From positions 1 to 59,502 of the forward strand of contig MEOD01000014.1 of the NCBI GenBank assembly GCA_001768555.1: 59,502 nt of DNA. Direction: 5' to 3'. Source of the stretch: Bacteroidetes bacterium GWF2_29_10. Its GTDB lineage: Bacteria; Bacteroidota; Bacteroidia; Bacteroidales; GWE2-29-8. Made by a program: the position numbers and the translations under genes. Positions 1-9,593 of this stretch are shown here, piece by piece (within the stretch, counting starts at the first letter, position 1; every line of letters starts with the position of its first letter). Below the pieces are notes generated by a model. The model was not told where the DNA came from. It did not search any database and saw only the letters and a program-made list of their open reading frames with translations.

Positions 1-196
1 CCGTAAAATCAATAACTTTATTTCATTGGATTAAATCTATATTATGATAGCGGTTTAGTATAAGTTAGCTTTACAAATAAAAAGTTATTTAAGTATAATT
101 TGCAAATGGGATAATGAATTAAAGAAATATATTAATGAGCAAGTTATAAATCAAAAGCATTAAAAATATCCATTACAACAAATTTCATAACAACTT

Positions 197-223
197 TTTT
201 ATTTAGAAAATTTCTAAATAAAA
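197..223. promoter_or_regulatory. Palindromic operator candidate upstream of the hydrogenase operon
   Basis: Perfect 13-bp inverted repeat TTTTATTTAGAAA-A-TTTCTAAATAAAA; a degenerate second copy TATTTAGAATCTATATAAATT lies at 343-363. Confidence 0.5.
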
Positions 224-489
224 CTAATTATTCAAATATGACAAATTGGCAAAAAACAACAACTAAAATAATAAAAAAAAACATGAATATTGTAAAATAT
301 ACGATTTCCATTATCTGTTTTATGTTTATTTTTACTATAGTTTATTTAGAATCTATATAAATTTCAAAAAAAATGATATAATATTTTAAAAAAACATTTT
401 GGCATAAAAAGGATTTTATACTTTTGACAAAAATAAAACATTTAATTCAAAACTTTTCATTACAAAAATTTAAAAAAGGAGGACAAAAA

Positions 490-963
490 ATGTCTAATGT
501 AGAAAATTTAGTAAAGGAATTAGTAAAAATACATGGCAAAAATAGAAATAGTCTAATGCCAGTATTACAAGGAGTAGTAAAAGAAGAGAAGTATTTATCA
601 GAAGACGCAATGATGGCTATCGCAAAAGAGCTTGATTTATCGACTGCTGATGTATATGGAACAGCTTCTTTTTATACATTCTTAGATACTGTTCCTCGTG
701 GTAAAAACATTATAAGAGTATGCAAAACAATTACCTGTCATATGAAAGGTAAAGACGAGCTTATTAAGGCACTTGAAGATGCTTTAAAAATAAAAGTTGG
801 CGAAACTACTCATGATAAACAATTCACATTATTAACTGCAAATTGTTTAGGTTGGTGTCATAAAGGACCTGTTATGCTAATCAATGATGAGATCTATCCA
901 GAAACAAGCCCTCAGGCTGCTTTAGAGATAATTGAAAAATATCAAACTAGCACAAAAAAATAA
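490..963 (+). CDS. hydC: [FeFe]-hydrogenase gamma subunit (NuoE/HydC-like, thioredoxin-like 2Fe-2S)
   Basis: Motifs VCKTITCHMKG and NCLGWCHKGP, plus YGTASFYT. ATG 490 follows AAAGGAGGA, so it is preferred over the TTG at 424. Confidence 0.88.
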   Translation: MSNVENLVKELVKIHGKNRNSLMPVLQGVVKEEKYLSEDAMMAIAKELDLSTADVYGTASFYTFLDTVPRGKNIIRVCKTITCHMKGKDELIKALEDALKIKVGETTHDKQFTLLTANCLGWCHKGPVMLINDEIYPETSPQAALEIIEKYQTSTKK

Positions 964-1003
964 TTTAAGTTTTATTTAAAAATTATAAAATTAGTTAAAA
1001 AAA

Positions 1004-2167
1004 ATGGAAAACAATATATTAAAAAAAGTAGATTTAATATTTGATAATACATGTGATCCACTTGTTGTTGTTGACAAAGTATTAGCAAAATCACCTGATG
1101 ATGTCATTTTAGACATTATTGATTCAGGATTGAAAGGAAGAGGAGGCGCAGGGTTTCCAACTGGATTAAAATGGAAGTTTACCAGAAATGAAGATGGCGA
1201 TACAAAATATGTAATATGTAATGCTGATGAAGGTGAACCTGGAACTTTTAAGGATAGAGAAATATTAGATAAAGTTCCAGAAAAGATTTTTTCAGGTATG
1301 GCAATTGCAGGTTATGCAATAGGAGCAAAAGAGGGGTATATTTATTTAAGAGGAGAATATAATTTTCTTCTACCAATGTTAAATAAAAAACTGGAAGATT
1401 TTAACAGGAAAATTAAAGCTAAAAATTTAGATTTTATTATTTCGATAAAATCTGGTTCTGGTGCTTATATTTGTGGAGAAGAAAGTGCTTTGTTTGAATC
1501 AATGGAAGGTAAAAGAGGCGAACCAAGAAATAAACCTCCTTATCCAACTGTAAGTGGATATAATTCAAAACCAACAAGCATTAATAATGTAGAAACTTTG
1601 GTTTATGCATTAATGATTTGCAAACTTGGTCCAGATAAGTTTAAAGAATTAGGCACAAAAGACTCTAGGGGTTCAAAAGTTTTTAGTGTTTCTGGTGATA
1701 CTCCAAATCCAGGTATATATGAATTGGAGTTAGGAATGCCCTTAAAAGAATTTGTAAGTGAATTTGGAGATGGAGATACTAAAGCAGTACAAGTAGGAGG
1801 AGCTTCTGGGCATTGTGTTCCACGTAAACATTTTAATGATACAATTATCGGTTTTGAAGGAATTCCAACAGGAGGTTCTATGATGGTCTTTAATAGTAGT
1901 CGTTCTATGTATAATGTATTGCATGATTATCTAGAATTTTTCACCGAAGAATCTTGTGGACAATGTTCTCCATGCAGAATAGGTTGCCAACAATTGTTAA
2001 AAGGCATTGAAGCTATTAAAAAAGGAGAAAAATCACCGATATATATTGAAGAATTAAAAAGATTAGCTGCAACAATGAAAATTGCATCAAAATGTGGATT
2101 AGGTCAATCTGTATGTAATCCATTCACTTCAATAGTTGACAATTTTAGAGAAGAAATAATTTATTAA
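1004..2167 (+). CDS. hydB: [FeFe]-hydrogenase NADH/FMN-binding beta subunit (short NuoF-like form)
   Basis: SGLKGRGGAGFPTGLKW, NADEGEPGTFKDR, GAYICGEESAL and a CGQCSPC...C 4Fe-4S motif; 387 aa with no C-terminal ferredoxin domain. Confidence 0.9.
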   Translation: MENNILKKVDLIFDNTCDPLVVVDKVLAKSPDDVILDIIDSGLKGRGGAGFPTGLKWKFTRNEDGDTKYVICNADEGEPGTFKDREILDKVPEKIFSGMAIAGYAIGAKEGYIYLRGEYNFLLPMLNKKLEDFNRKIKAKNLDFIISIKSGSGAYICGEESALFESMEGKRGEPRNKPPYPTVSGYNSKPTSINNVETLVYALMICKLGPDKFKELGTKDSRGSKVFSVSGDTPNPGIYELELGMPLKEFVSEFGDGDTKAVQVGGASGHCVPRKHFNDTIIGFEGIPTGGSMMVFNSSRSMYNVLHDYLEFFTEESCGQCSPCRIGCQQLLKGIEAIKKGEKSPIYIEELKRLAATMKIASKCGLGQSVCNPFTSIVDNFREEIIY

Positions 2168-2199
2168 TTAATTAAAAATTAAAGCAGGAGATTTCAAAA

Positions 2200-3990
2200 A
2201 TGGGAAAATATCTGGTTAATTTAAAAATAAATAATATTCCTGTATCCGTAGAAGAAGGAACAACAATCCTTGATGCAGCGAAGAATTTAAATTTTAAAAT
2301 ACCTACTTTATGCTATCACTCTGATTTATCTATAGCAGGTAACTGTCGAGTTTGTGTAGTTGAAGTAAAAGGGCAAAGAGTGCTCTCAGCAGCTTGTGCA
2401 ACACCTGTATCAGAAGGTATGGACGTGTTCACAAACAGTGAAAAAGTTAGAGCATCACGTAAAAATGTTGTAGAACTATTATTATCTGAACATAATGCAG
2501 ATTGTACAAAATGCTATAAAAATGGTAATTGTGAATTGCAAGAAATGACTTCAGAATATAGTGTAGGTAATCATATTTATTTAGATCTTGTAAAAGATAA
2601 AGATAAAATATTGGATATATCTTCACCTTCTATTGTAAAAGATGATAGTAAATGTATCAGATGTCAAAGATGTGTTCGTACATGTGAAGAGCTTCAAGCA
2701 GTAAGTGCTTTAGCAGTTGTAAACAAAGGCGACCATCAAAAAATATCTACATTTTTAAACAAACCTATGCATGAAGTAGTGTGTACTAATTGCGGTCAAT
2801 GTGTTAATAGATGCCCAACAGGAGCATTAGTTGAGAAAAACTATATTGATGAGGTATGGAATGCTATATATGATCCAGATAAGTTTGTAGTTGTTCAAAC
2901 TGCGCCAGCAGTTAGAGCTGCACTTGGAGAAGGATTAGGCGTTGAATTAGGACAAAGAGTTACAGGAAAAATGGTTGCTGCTCTTAAAAAACTTGGTTTC
3001 AATAAAGTTCTTGATACGGACTTTACTGCAGACTTAACTATTATGGAAGAAGGCACTGAATTATTAACAAGATTGAAAAAAGCATTAGTAGACAAAGAAA
3101 GTGTAGCTTTACCAATGTTTACATCATGTTCTCCAGGATGGATTAAATTTGTAGAACATATATTTCCTGAATATCTTGCTAATCTTTCAACTTGTAAATC
3201 CCCACAACAAATGTTTGGAGCATTAGCAAAAACATATTATGCAGACAAAATTAACATAAAACCTGAAAAAATGGTTTCGGTTTCAGTTATGCCATGTACT
3301 GCAAAGAAATATGAATGTGACAGACCAGAAATGCGTTCAAGTGGATATAAAGATGTTGACTATGTAATAACAACTAGAGAGCTTGCTCGTATGATAAAAC
3401 AAGCTGGTATTGAGTTTAACAAGCTTGAATCAGAACGTTATGATAGCATATTAGGAGAATCAACAGGAGCTGCAGTTATATTTGGAGCAACAGGAGGAGT
3501 AATGGAAGCTGCTTTAAGAACTGCTTACGAAATTGTAACAGGACGAGAAGTTCCATTTACAAACTTAGACATAAAACCTGTCAGAGGAATGGAAGGAATT
3601 AAAGAAGCTGCAATTAAAATAAAAGACACTGTTCCTGCTTGGAGTTTCCTTGAAGGAGTTGAGCTAAAAATTGCTATTGCAAGTGGTTTGGCTAATGCTA
3701 AGAAATTAGTAGAAGCAATAAGAGATGGAAAAGCAACATATCATTTTGTGGAAATAATGGCTTGTCCTGGTGGATGTATTGGAGGAGGTGGACAACCTAT
3801 TCCAACCAGTGCTGAAATCAGAAAGAAACGGATTGAAGCTATTTATGAAGAAGATACAAATATGACATTGCGTAAATCTCATGACAATCCTGAAGTACAA
3901 GAAGTTTATAAAGAATTTCTAGGAAGTCCTTTAGGGCATAAATCACATGATTTACTTCATACTCATTATAAACCTCGCAAAAGGTACTAA
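2200..3990 (+). CDS. hydA: [FeFe]-hydrogenase catalytic alpha subunit, group A
   Basis: H-cluster motifs TSCSPGW, MPCTAKKYE and EIMACPGGCIGGGGQP; N-terminal 2Fe-2S, His-ligated 4Fe-4S (HNADCTKC) and 2x4Fe-4S motifs; C-terminal LLHTHY. Confidence 0.96.
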   Translation: MGKYLVNLKINNIPVSVEEGTTILDAAKNLNFKIPTLCYHSDLSIAGNCRVCVVEVKGQRVLSAACATPVSEGMDVFTNSEKVRASRKNVVELLLSEHNADCTKCYKNGNCELQEMTSEYSVGNHIYLDLVKDKDKILDISSPSIVKDDSKCIRCQRCVRTCEELQAVSALAVVNKGDHQKISTFLNKPMHEVVCTNCGQCVNRCPTGALVEKNYIDEVWNAIYDPDKFVVVQTAPAVRAALGEGLGVELGQRVTGKMVAALKKLGFNKVLDTDFTADLTIMEEGTELLTRLKKALVDKESVALPMFTSCSPGWIKFVEHIFPEYLANLSTCKSPQQMFGALAKTYYADKINIKPEKMVSVSVMPCTAKKYECDRPEMRSSGYKDVDYVITTRELARMIKQAGIEFNKLESERYDSILGESTGAAVIFGATGGVMEAALRTAYEIVTGREVPFTNLDIKPVRGMEGIKEAAIKIKDTVPAWSFLEGVELKIAIASGLANAKKLVEAIRDGKATYHFVEIMACPGGCIGGGGQPIPTSAEIRKKRIEAIYEEDTNMTLRKSHDNPEVQEVYKEFLGSPLGHKSHDLLHTHYKPRKRY

Positions 3991-4013
3991 TTTAGATTAT
4001 TAGTTTGTAATTT

Positions 4014-4051
4014 AAGAGGCTGTCAATTTTATTGGCAGTCTCTTTTTTTTT
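4014..4051 (+). terminator. Intrinsic terminator after hydA
   Basis: AAGAGGCTGTCAAT-TTT-ATTGGCAGTCTCTT hairpin with G-U pairs, followed by a T run. Confidence 0.8.
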
Positions 4052-4108
4052 ATGATTATTAAGAGTTCAAACTTTTGTATAGTTATTTAAAATTTAAAAA
4101 AAATACTG

Positions 4109-4116
4109 TACATTTG
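4109..4116 (+). promoter_or_regulatory. Bacteroidota sigmaA -7 element (TAnnTTTG) for the dnaX operon
   Basis: TACATTTG 26 nt upstream of the dnaX ATG. Confidence 0.6.
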
Positions 4117-4142
4117 TAGATATTTTAAAGAAGTAAAAAAAG

Positions 4143-5894
4143 ATGAAAGACTTTATTGTATCTGCAAGAAAATATCGTCCAGACACATTTAAAAGTGTAG
4201 TAGGACAAGATCATATTACGATGACATTGAAAAATGCGATAAAAAACAATCAGTTAGCCCAAGCATTTTTATTTACAGGAACAAGAGGAGTTGGAAAAAC
4301 TACATGTGCAAGGATTTTAGCCAAAACAATAAATTGTCAAAATTTAACAGATGATTTAGAGCCATGTAATAAATGTGATTCATGTAAGGATTTTAATGAA
4401 GGAAAATCGTTTAATATACATGAATTAGATGCGGCATCGAATAATTCAGTAGAGGATATACGTTCTTTGATAGACAAAGTTCGTTTTGCTCCACAGGTAG
4501 GTAAATTCAGTGTTTATATAATAGATGAGGTTCACATGTTGTCCCAATCGGCTTTTAATGCTTTTTTAAAGACATTAGAGGAGCCTCCATCTTTTGCTAA
4601 ATTTATTTTGGCAACAACAGAAAAGCATAAAATATTGCCAACAATATTATCAAGATGCCAAATATTTGATTTTAATAGAATAACAGTTATAGATATTGCT
4701 AATCATCTCAAATATGTTGCTGAAAGTGAAAAGATATCAGCAGAAGAAGAAGCATTACATATAATAGCACAAAGAGCAGATGGAGCAATGCGTGATGCTT
4801 TATCTATATTTGATCAAATTGCCAACTTTTCAGGTAATGTTATTACTTATGATTCGGTTATTCAAAATCTCAATATGTTGGATTATAATTACTATTTTAA
4901 GATAGTTCAATTATTGTACAACAATGACATGTCGAATATTTTATTAACTTATGATGAAATTTTAAGGAGTGGTTTTGAAGGTAATCATTTTATAAATGGA
5001 TTAGCAGATCATTTTAGAAATATTTTAGTTTCAAAAGATGTTGCAACAATAACGTTATTACAAACAACAAATCAAAATAAAGAAAAGTTTAAAGATTTAG
5101 CAAGCCAAGCAACAAAGGAACAAATAATAAAAGTTCTTGATATATTAAACAAGTGTGATGTTCAATATAAAATAATAACAAATAAAAGGTTGCATGTTGA
5201 GCTTGCAATGTTGCAAATATGTCAAGTTTTCAATACAGCTTTTGAAGAAAAAAAAAAAAGTAATATAGAGGAAAAGAAAACCGAAACTAATAATACAGCA
5301 AAGAATACAGCCCAAAAAGTTGAAGCAACAATAGCAGCAAAACCAGTTGTTAATTTATCGCCAACAAACACAATTGACAACAATATTATTACTTCAGAAA
5401 CAACTAAACCAACTATTAATGTCGGGACAAAATATAATTATCAACCTCAAACAAGTATAAAAGCTGCAGAAAACAAAGAAGCACCAAAGGAGGAAAAAGT
5501 TATAGTTAATCAAAACTTGAATAATAATAATTTTATTATTGAAGATTTGGTAAAGTACTGGCAATTATTTGCAGAAGAAATAAAACCTATAAACCCATTA
5601 TTATTCATAACTCTAACGAATCAAAATCCTGCAATTAAAGACGGTTTTGTTATAGAATTTGTTATAGATAATATTGTTCAGGAAAATCAATTTAAAGAAA
5701 TAGCATCTGAACTCTTAAACTTTTTAAGAAATAATCTTAAAAACGAATTAATAACAATAAACGCTGTTGTTAAAGTTCAAGGTGAACAACAACAATATAA
5801 ACCATTTAACCCTAAAGAAAAGTACATACAACTTGTTGAAAAAAACAATCAATTAGATAATTTACGTAAAGCTCTTGAGTTAGATCTATATTAA
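4143..5894 (+). CDS. dnaX: DNA polymerase III subunit gamma/tau
   Basis: ARKYRP, Walker A GTRGVGKTT, Zn Cys cluster, ELDAASNNSV, IIDEVHML, FLKTLEEPP and SRC motifs. Confidence 0.97.
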   Translation: MKDFIVSARKYRPDTFKSVVGQDHITMTLKNAIKNNQLAQAFLFTGTRGVGKTTCARILAKTINCQNLTDDLEPCNKCDSCKDFNEGKSFNIHELDAASNNSVEDIRSLIDKVRFAPQVGKFSVYIIDEVHMLSQSAFNAFLKTLEEPPSFAKFILATTEKHKILPTILSRCQIFDFNRITVIDIANHLKYVAESEKISAEEEALHIIAQRADGAMRDALSIFDQIANFSGNVITYDSVIQNLNMLDYNYYFKIVQLLYNNDMSNILLTYDEILRSGFEGNHFINGLADHFRNILVSKDVATITLLQTTNQNKEKFKDLASQATKEQIIKVLDILNKCDVQYKIITNKRLHVELAMLQICQVFNTAFEEKKKSNIEEKKTETNNTAKNTAQKVEATIAAKPVVNLSPTNTIDNNIITSETTKPTINVGTKYNYQPQTSIKAAENKEAPKEEKVIVNQNLNNNNFIIEDLVKYWQLFAEEIKPINPLLFITLTNQNPAIKDGFVIEFVIDNIVQENQFKEIASELLNFLRNNLKNELITINAVVKVQGEQQQYKPFNPKEKYIQLVEKNNQLDNLRKALELDLY

Positions 5895-5898
5895 TTAT

Positions 5899-8800
5899 AT
5901 GCGGATTTCATTATTTAGAATATTGATAATATTATTTGTGCTTTTTGAAAGCAATATTGCTTTTTCCCAATTTTACAATGGTTCTCAAATGAATTTTGGC
6001 AAAAACAAGATACAATATAACGAGTTTTTTTGGACTTATTACCAGTTTGAAGACTTTGATTGTTATTTCACTAAAGGAGGCAAGGAGCTTGCTATTTACA
6101 CTGCAAAATACGCCAATCGAACTGTTAAAGAATTTGAAAAGAAACTTGATTTTATGCTTGACAATAGAATCAAATTTGTTGTTTTTAATAAAAAGAGTGA
6201 TTATTTTCAAAGCAATATAGGTTATTATCCTGAAGAAGAATTTAACACAGGAGGTGTAACTAGAGTAATAGATAACAAAATTATCTTATATTATACAGGA
6301 AATCATGAGGATTTAAATTACCAAATAAGAGCTGGTATTGCGCAAATATACATATACCAAATGCTTTATGGAACAACGTTAACATCTGTTATAAAAAATT
6401 CAACTTTATTACAATTGCCTGATTGGTATGTATCTGGATTAATATCCTACTTATCAATAAACATGAATACAACAATAGATGCTAAAATACGTGATGGTGT
6501 GCTTACAGGTAAATACGAGAAGTATAATAAGTTATCAGGAATTGATGCTGTTTATGCTGGACATTCTTTATGGTATTACATAATAGAAAAATACGGGAAC
6601 ACGGTTTTGCCTAATATTTTATATATTACAAGGTCAAGCAAAAATATAGAAAGTGGCTTTTTATTTACTCTTGGTACATCCTTTAAAATGCTTACTAACG
6701 AATGGTTGGAATATTACAACAATCTATACAAAGATGAGGAAAAAGCTAATAGAGAAATATTAAATACCAATATTAAATTACCAAAAAAACACAAAAAAGC
6801 AGACATATATAATGTCATTACAAATAATGATGCAACAAAAACAGCTTTTGTTTTTAATATATACGGACAGTATAAAATATATATTCTAAACGAAAAAACC
6901 AACAAACTTAAAAAAGTTATTAAAAGAGGGAAAAAATCGCAAGAAGAAACCGATTTATCCTATCCTGTAATAGCTTGGCATCCTTTAAATGATATTCTTT
7001 CTTTTGTTACAGAAGAGAAAGGGAAAATTTATATCAATCAATACAATACAAAAAATAAAAAGAATGAAAAAATATATGCTCATTTTATTGATAAAATCAT
7101 AGATATGTCATATTCCTCAAACGGAAAGGAATTGGTTATGTCTGCTTCAAAAAACGGGCAAACGAATATATACATATTTAATATTAATTCTCGTAGCATT
7201 GTTCAAGTTACTGATGATGTTTATGACGATTTAACTCCTAGATTTATAGACAATTCAACTAAAATAATATTTGCTTCTAATCGAAAAGAGGATAGTCTTA
7301 GTTCAAATAATTATAATAATATAAAAATTTCAAATAATAATAAGGATATTTTTATATATGATATTGTAAGTAAGAAAATTATTAATCTAACAGAAACAGA
7401 AAATATTGACGAAACATATCCTTGTGAAATAAACAAAAACAAATACATACTATTAAGTAATAAAAATGGTATTTACAATAGATATACAGCTTCTTTAGAC
7501 AGTACCATTGCTTTTATTGACACCACAATACATTACAAATACTTTTCTGATGTTAAACCTGCAAGTAATTATTACTTTAATATTAACGAACAAAATCATT
7601 CTTTCAATTCAGGTTATATAACTGAAAAAATTGATGGACAAACAAGCACTATTCGAAAATTTCCACTGGGAGAGGTTCTTCCTAAAAATGAATTGATATT
7701 AACAGAAACTAATAAAAAAAATGCAAATAATGACACTGAAAATGAAGTATCGCAGAATAAAAACATTATAATTATTAAACCTAATCAACAGGAGTCTATT
7801 GATTCCATGCGAATAAACATTGATAATTACTTATTTGAAAATGAACAATCTGAAAAAGAAATAAAAAATGTTTACAAACAAATACCTAATGATACTAGTC
7901 GATCTAATAATAAAGACCCTAAATTAGTAGCACTTTCAGCAATTAATCCAGACACATTTTCGTTGCCTTTGCAAAAAAACTATTACTTAACTTTTTATGT
8001 AAACGAAATAATTAGTCAATTAAATTACAGTTATTTAAATTCAATGTATCAACCTTTTAATCCTGCACCTCAACCTATATATACAAACCCCAAACTTAAT
8101 GCTTTATTTAAAATATCAATAAGCGACATGCTTGAAGACTATCGTATAACTGGAGGTATTAAAATAAACACTAATTTAAAAGGTAATGAATATTTATTAA
8201 GTTTTGAAAATTTAAAAAAAAGAACTGATAAACAATTTGTTTTTCATAGACAAGTTATAGAAAGTATGTATGACGAATATACAATTCTTAAAAATTTCAC
8301 ACATGATTTTAATTATATATTAAAATACCCATTTAATAAATTTGCTGCCATAAAAAATACGTTTACAGTTCGCAACGACAAATATGTTTTTGCTTCTACT
8401 GACTGGATAAACTTAAACACTCCTAATTTGATGACTAATAGGCTAGGGTATAAATTTGAATATATTTTTGACAATACTTTTAATCCTATGCTTAATATTT
8501 ACAATGGAACTCGTTATAAATTTTTTGCTGAAGTTTATAAAAGCATTAAAGAAGATGGAAACATGAAATTAAATAAAAATAATTTAATTGTGTTAGGTTT
8601 TGATTTTAGAAAATACATTAAAATATCTCGGGAACTTATTTGGGCTAATCGTTTTGCAGCAAGCACATCTGCATTTGGAGATGAAAAGCTCATATATTAT
8701 CTTGGAGGTGTTGATAATTGGATAACACCAAAATTTGATAATACTAACGAAACTGATAAAAATCAAAACTACGTTTACCAAACATTAGCAACAAATATGA

Positions 8801-9189
8801 GAGGGTTTAAACAGAACGTTCGCAATGGAACTAACTTTGCTGTAATAAATAGTGAACTGCGATTTCCTATATTAAAATATTTCTTCCAAAAACCAATTAA
8901 ATCAGATTTCTTTAAAAATCTTCAAATTGCTGCTTTTGGAGATATTGGATCTGCTTGGACTGGTTTATCGCCTTATGACAAGGAAAATTCCTTCTACAAA
9001 AAAGAATATTATGCCAAGCCTCTTAGAGTAATTGTTGAAAACCAAAGGGAACCAATTGTTTATGGATATGGGTTTGGATTGCGTAGTAGATTACTTGGTT
9101 ATTTTATTCGTGCAGATTGGGCATGGGGAGTTGATGATGGAGTTGTATCTAAAAGAATTTTCTATTTAACTTTAAGCTTAGATTTTTAA
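5899..9189 (+). CDS. Omp85/BamA-family outer membrane protein with N-terminal peptidase-MA-like region and PD40/TolB-like propeller
   Basis: Signal peptide; FGKNKIQY N-terminus; PD40-like repeats (DDLTPRF, IIFASNR); C-terminal barrel motifs MRGF and GYGFGLR; terminal LSLDF. Confidence 0.7.
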   Translation: MRISLFRILIILFVLFESNIAFSQFYNGSQMNFGKNKIQYNEFFWTYYQFEDFDCYFTKGGKELAIYTAKYANRTVKEFEKKLDFMLDNRIKFVVFNKKSDYFQSNIGYYPEEEFNTGGVTRVIDNKIILYYTGNHEDLNYQIRAGIAQIYIYQMLYGTTLTSVIKNSTLLQLPDWYVSGLISYLSINMNTTIDAKIRDGVLTGKYEKYNKLSGIDAVYAGHSLWYYIIEKYGNTVLPNILYITRSSKNIESGFLFTLGTSFKMLTNEWLEYYNNLYKDEEKANREILNTNIKLPKKHKKADIYNVITNNDATKTAFVFNIYGQYKIYILNEKTNKLKKVIKRGKKSQEETDLSYPVIAWHPLNDILSFVTEEKGKIYINQYNTKNKKNEKIYAHFIDKIIDMSYSSNGKELVMSASKNGQTNIYIFNINSRSIVQVTDDVYDDLTPRFIDNSTKIIFASNRKEDSLSSNNYNNIKISNNNKDIFIYDIVSKKIINLTETENIDETYPCEINKNKYILLSNKNGIYNRYTASLDSTIAFIDTTIHYKYFSDVKPASNYYFNINEQNHSFNSGYITEKIDGQTSTIRKFPLGEVLPKNELILTETNKKNANNDTENEVSQNKNIIIIKPNQQESIDSMRINIDNYLFENEQSEKEIKNVYKQIPNDTSRSNNKDPKLVALSAINPDTFSLPLQKNYYLTFYVNEIISQLNYSYLNSMYQPFNPAPQPIYTNPKLNALFKISISDMLEDYRITGGIKINTNLKGNEYLLSFENLKKRTDKQFVFHRQVIESMYDEYTILKNFTHDFNYILKYPFNKFAAIKNTFTVRNDKYVFASTDWINLNTPNLMTNRLGYKFEYIFDNTFNPMLNIYNGTRYKFFAEVYKSIKEDGNMKLNKNNLIVLGFDFRKYIKISRELIWANRFAASTSAFGDEKLIYYLGGVDNWITPKFDNTNETDKNQNYVYQTLATNMRGFKQNVRNGTNFAVINSELRFPILKYFFQKPIKSDFFKNLQIAAFGDIGSAWTGLSPYDKENSFYKKEYYAKPLRVIVENQREPIVYGYGFGLRSRLLGYFIRADWAWGVDDGVVSKRIFYLTLSLDF

Positions 9190-9209
9190 GTAATTAAATA
9201 AAAAAAAAC

Positions 9210-9578
9210 ATGGACAATAACACTTTAATAATACTAATCATTATAGGTCTTTCTGCAGGCTTACTTGGTGGAATAACTGGACTTGGCGGAGGAATTATAA
9301 TTATTCCCGCTTTAATTTATTTTCTAAAATTAGAACAACACGCTGCTCAGGGAATCAGTATTGCTGTAATGTTACCTCCAATAGGTATTCTTGCTGCATA
9401 CACTTACTACAAAGGAGGATATGTTAACATTAAGTATTCTGCTATAATTGCAGTATGCTTTATAATTGGAGCTTTTTTCGGCTCTAAAATAGCAATAAAT
9501 ATATCTGCTAATAATCTTCATAAAGTATTTGGTGTAATTTTTCTTATAGTTGCTTTAAAAATGATATTTAGTAAATAA
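9210..9578 (+). CDS. TauE/SafE (TSUP) family small membrane transporter
   Basis: GLSAGLLGGITGLGGGIIIIP and AQGISIA motifs; hydrophobic 122 aa. Confidence 0.85.
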   Translation: MDNNTLIILIIIGLSAGLLGGITGLGGGIIIIPALIYFLKLEQHAAQGISIAVMLPPIGILAAYTYYKGGYVNIKYSAIIAVCFIIGAFFGSKIAINISANNLHKVFGVIFLIVALKMIFSK

Positions 9579-9593
9579 TAAATTCAGAAAATC

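Noticed and set aside
490-2167. Complex I nuoE/nuoF genes
   Set aside because: They are followed by an H-cluster-bearing hydA and no other nuo genes.
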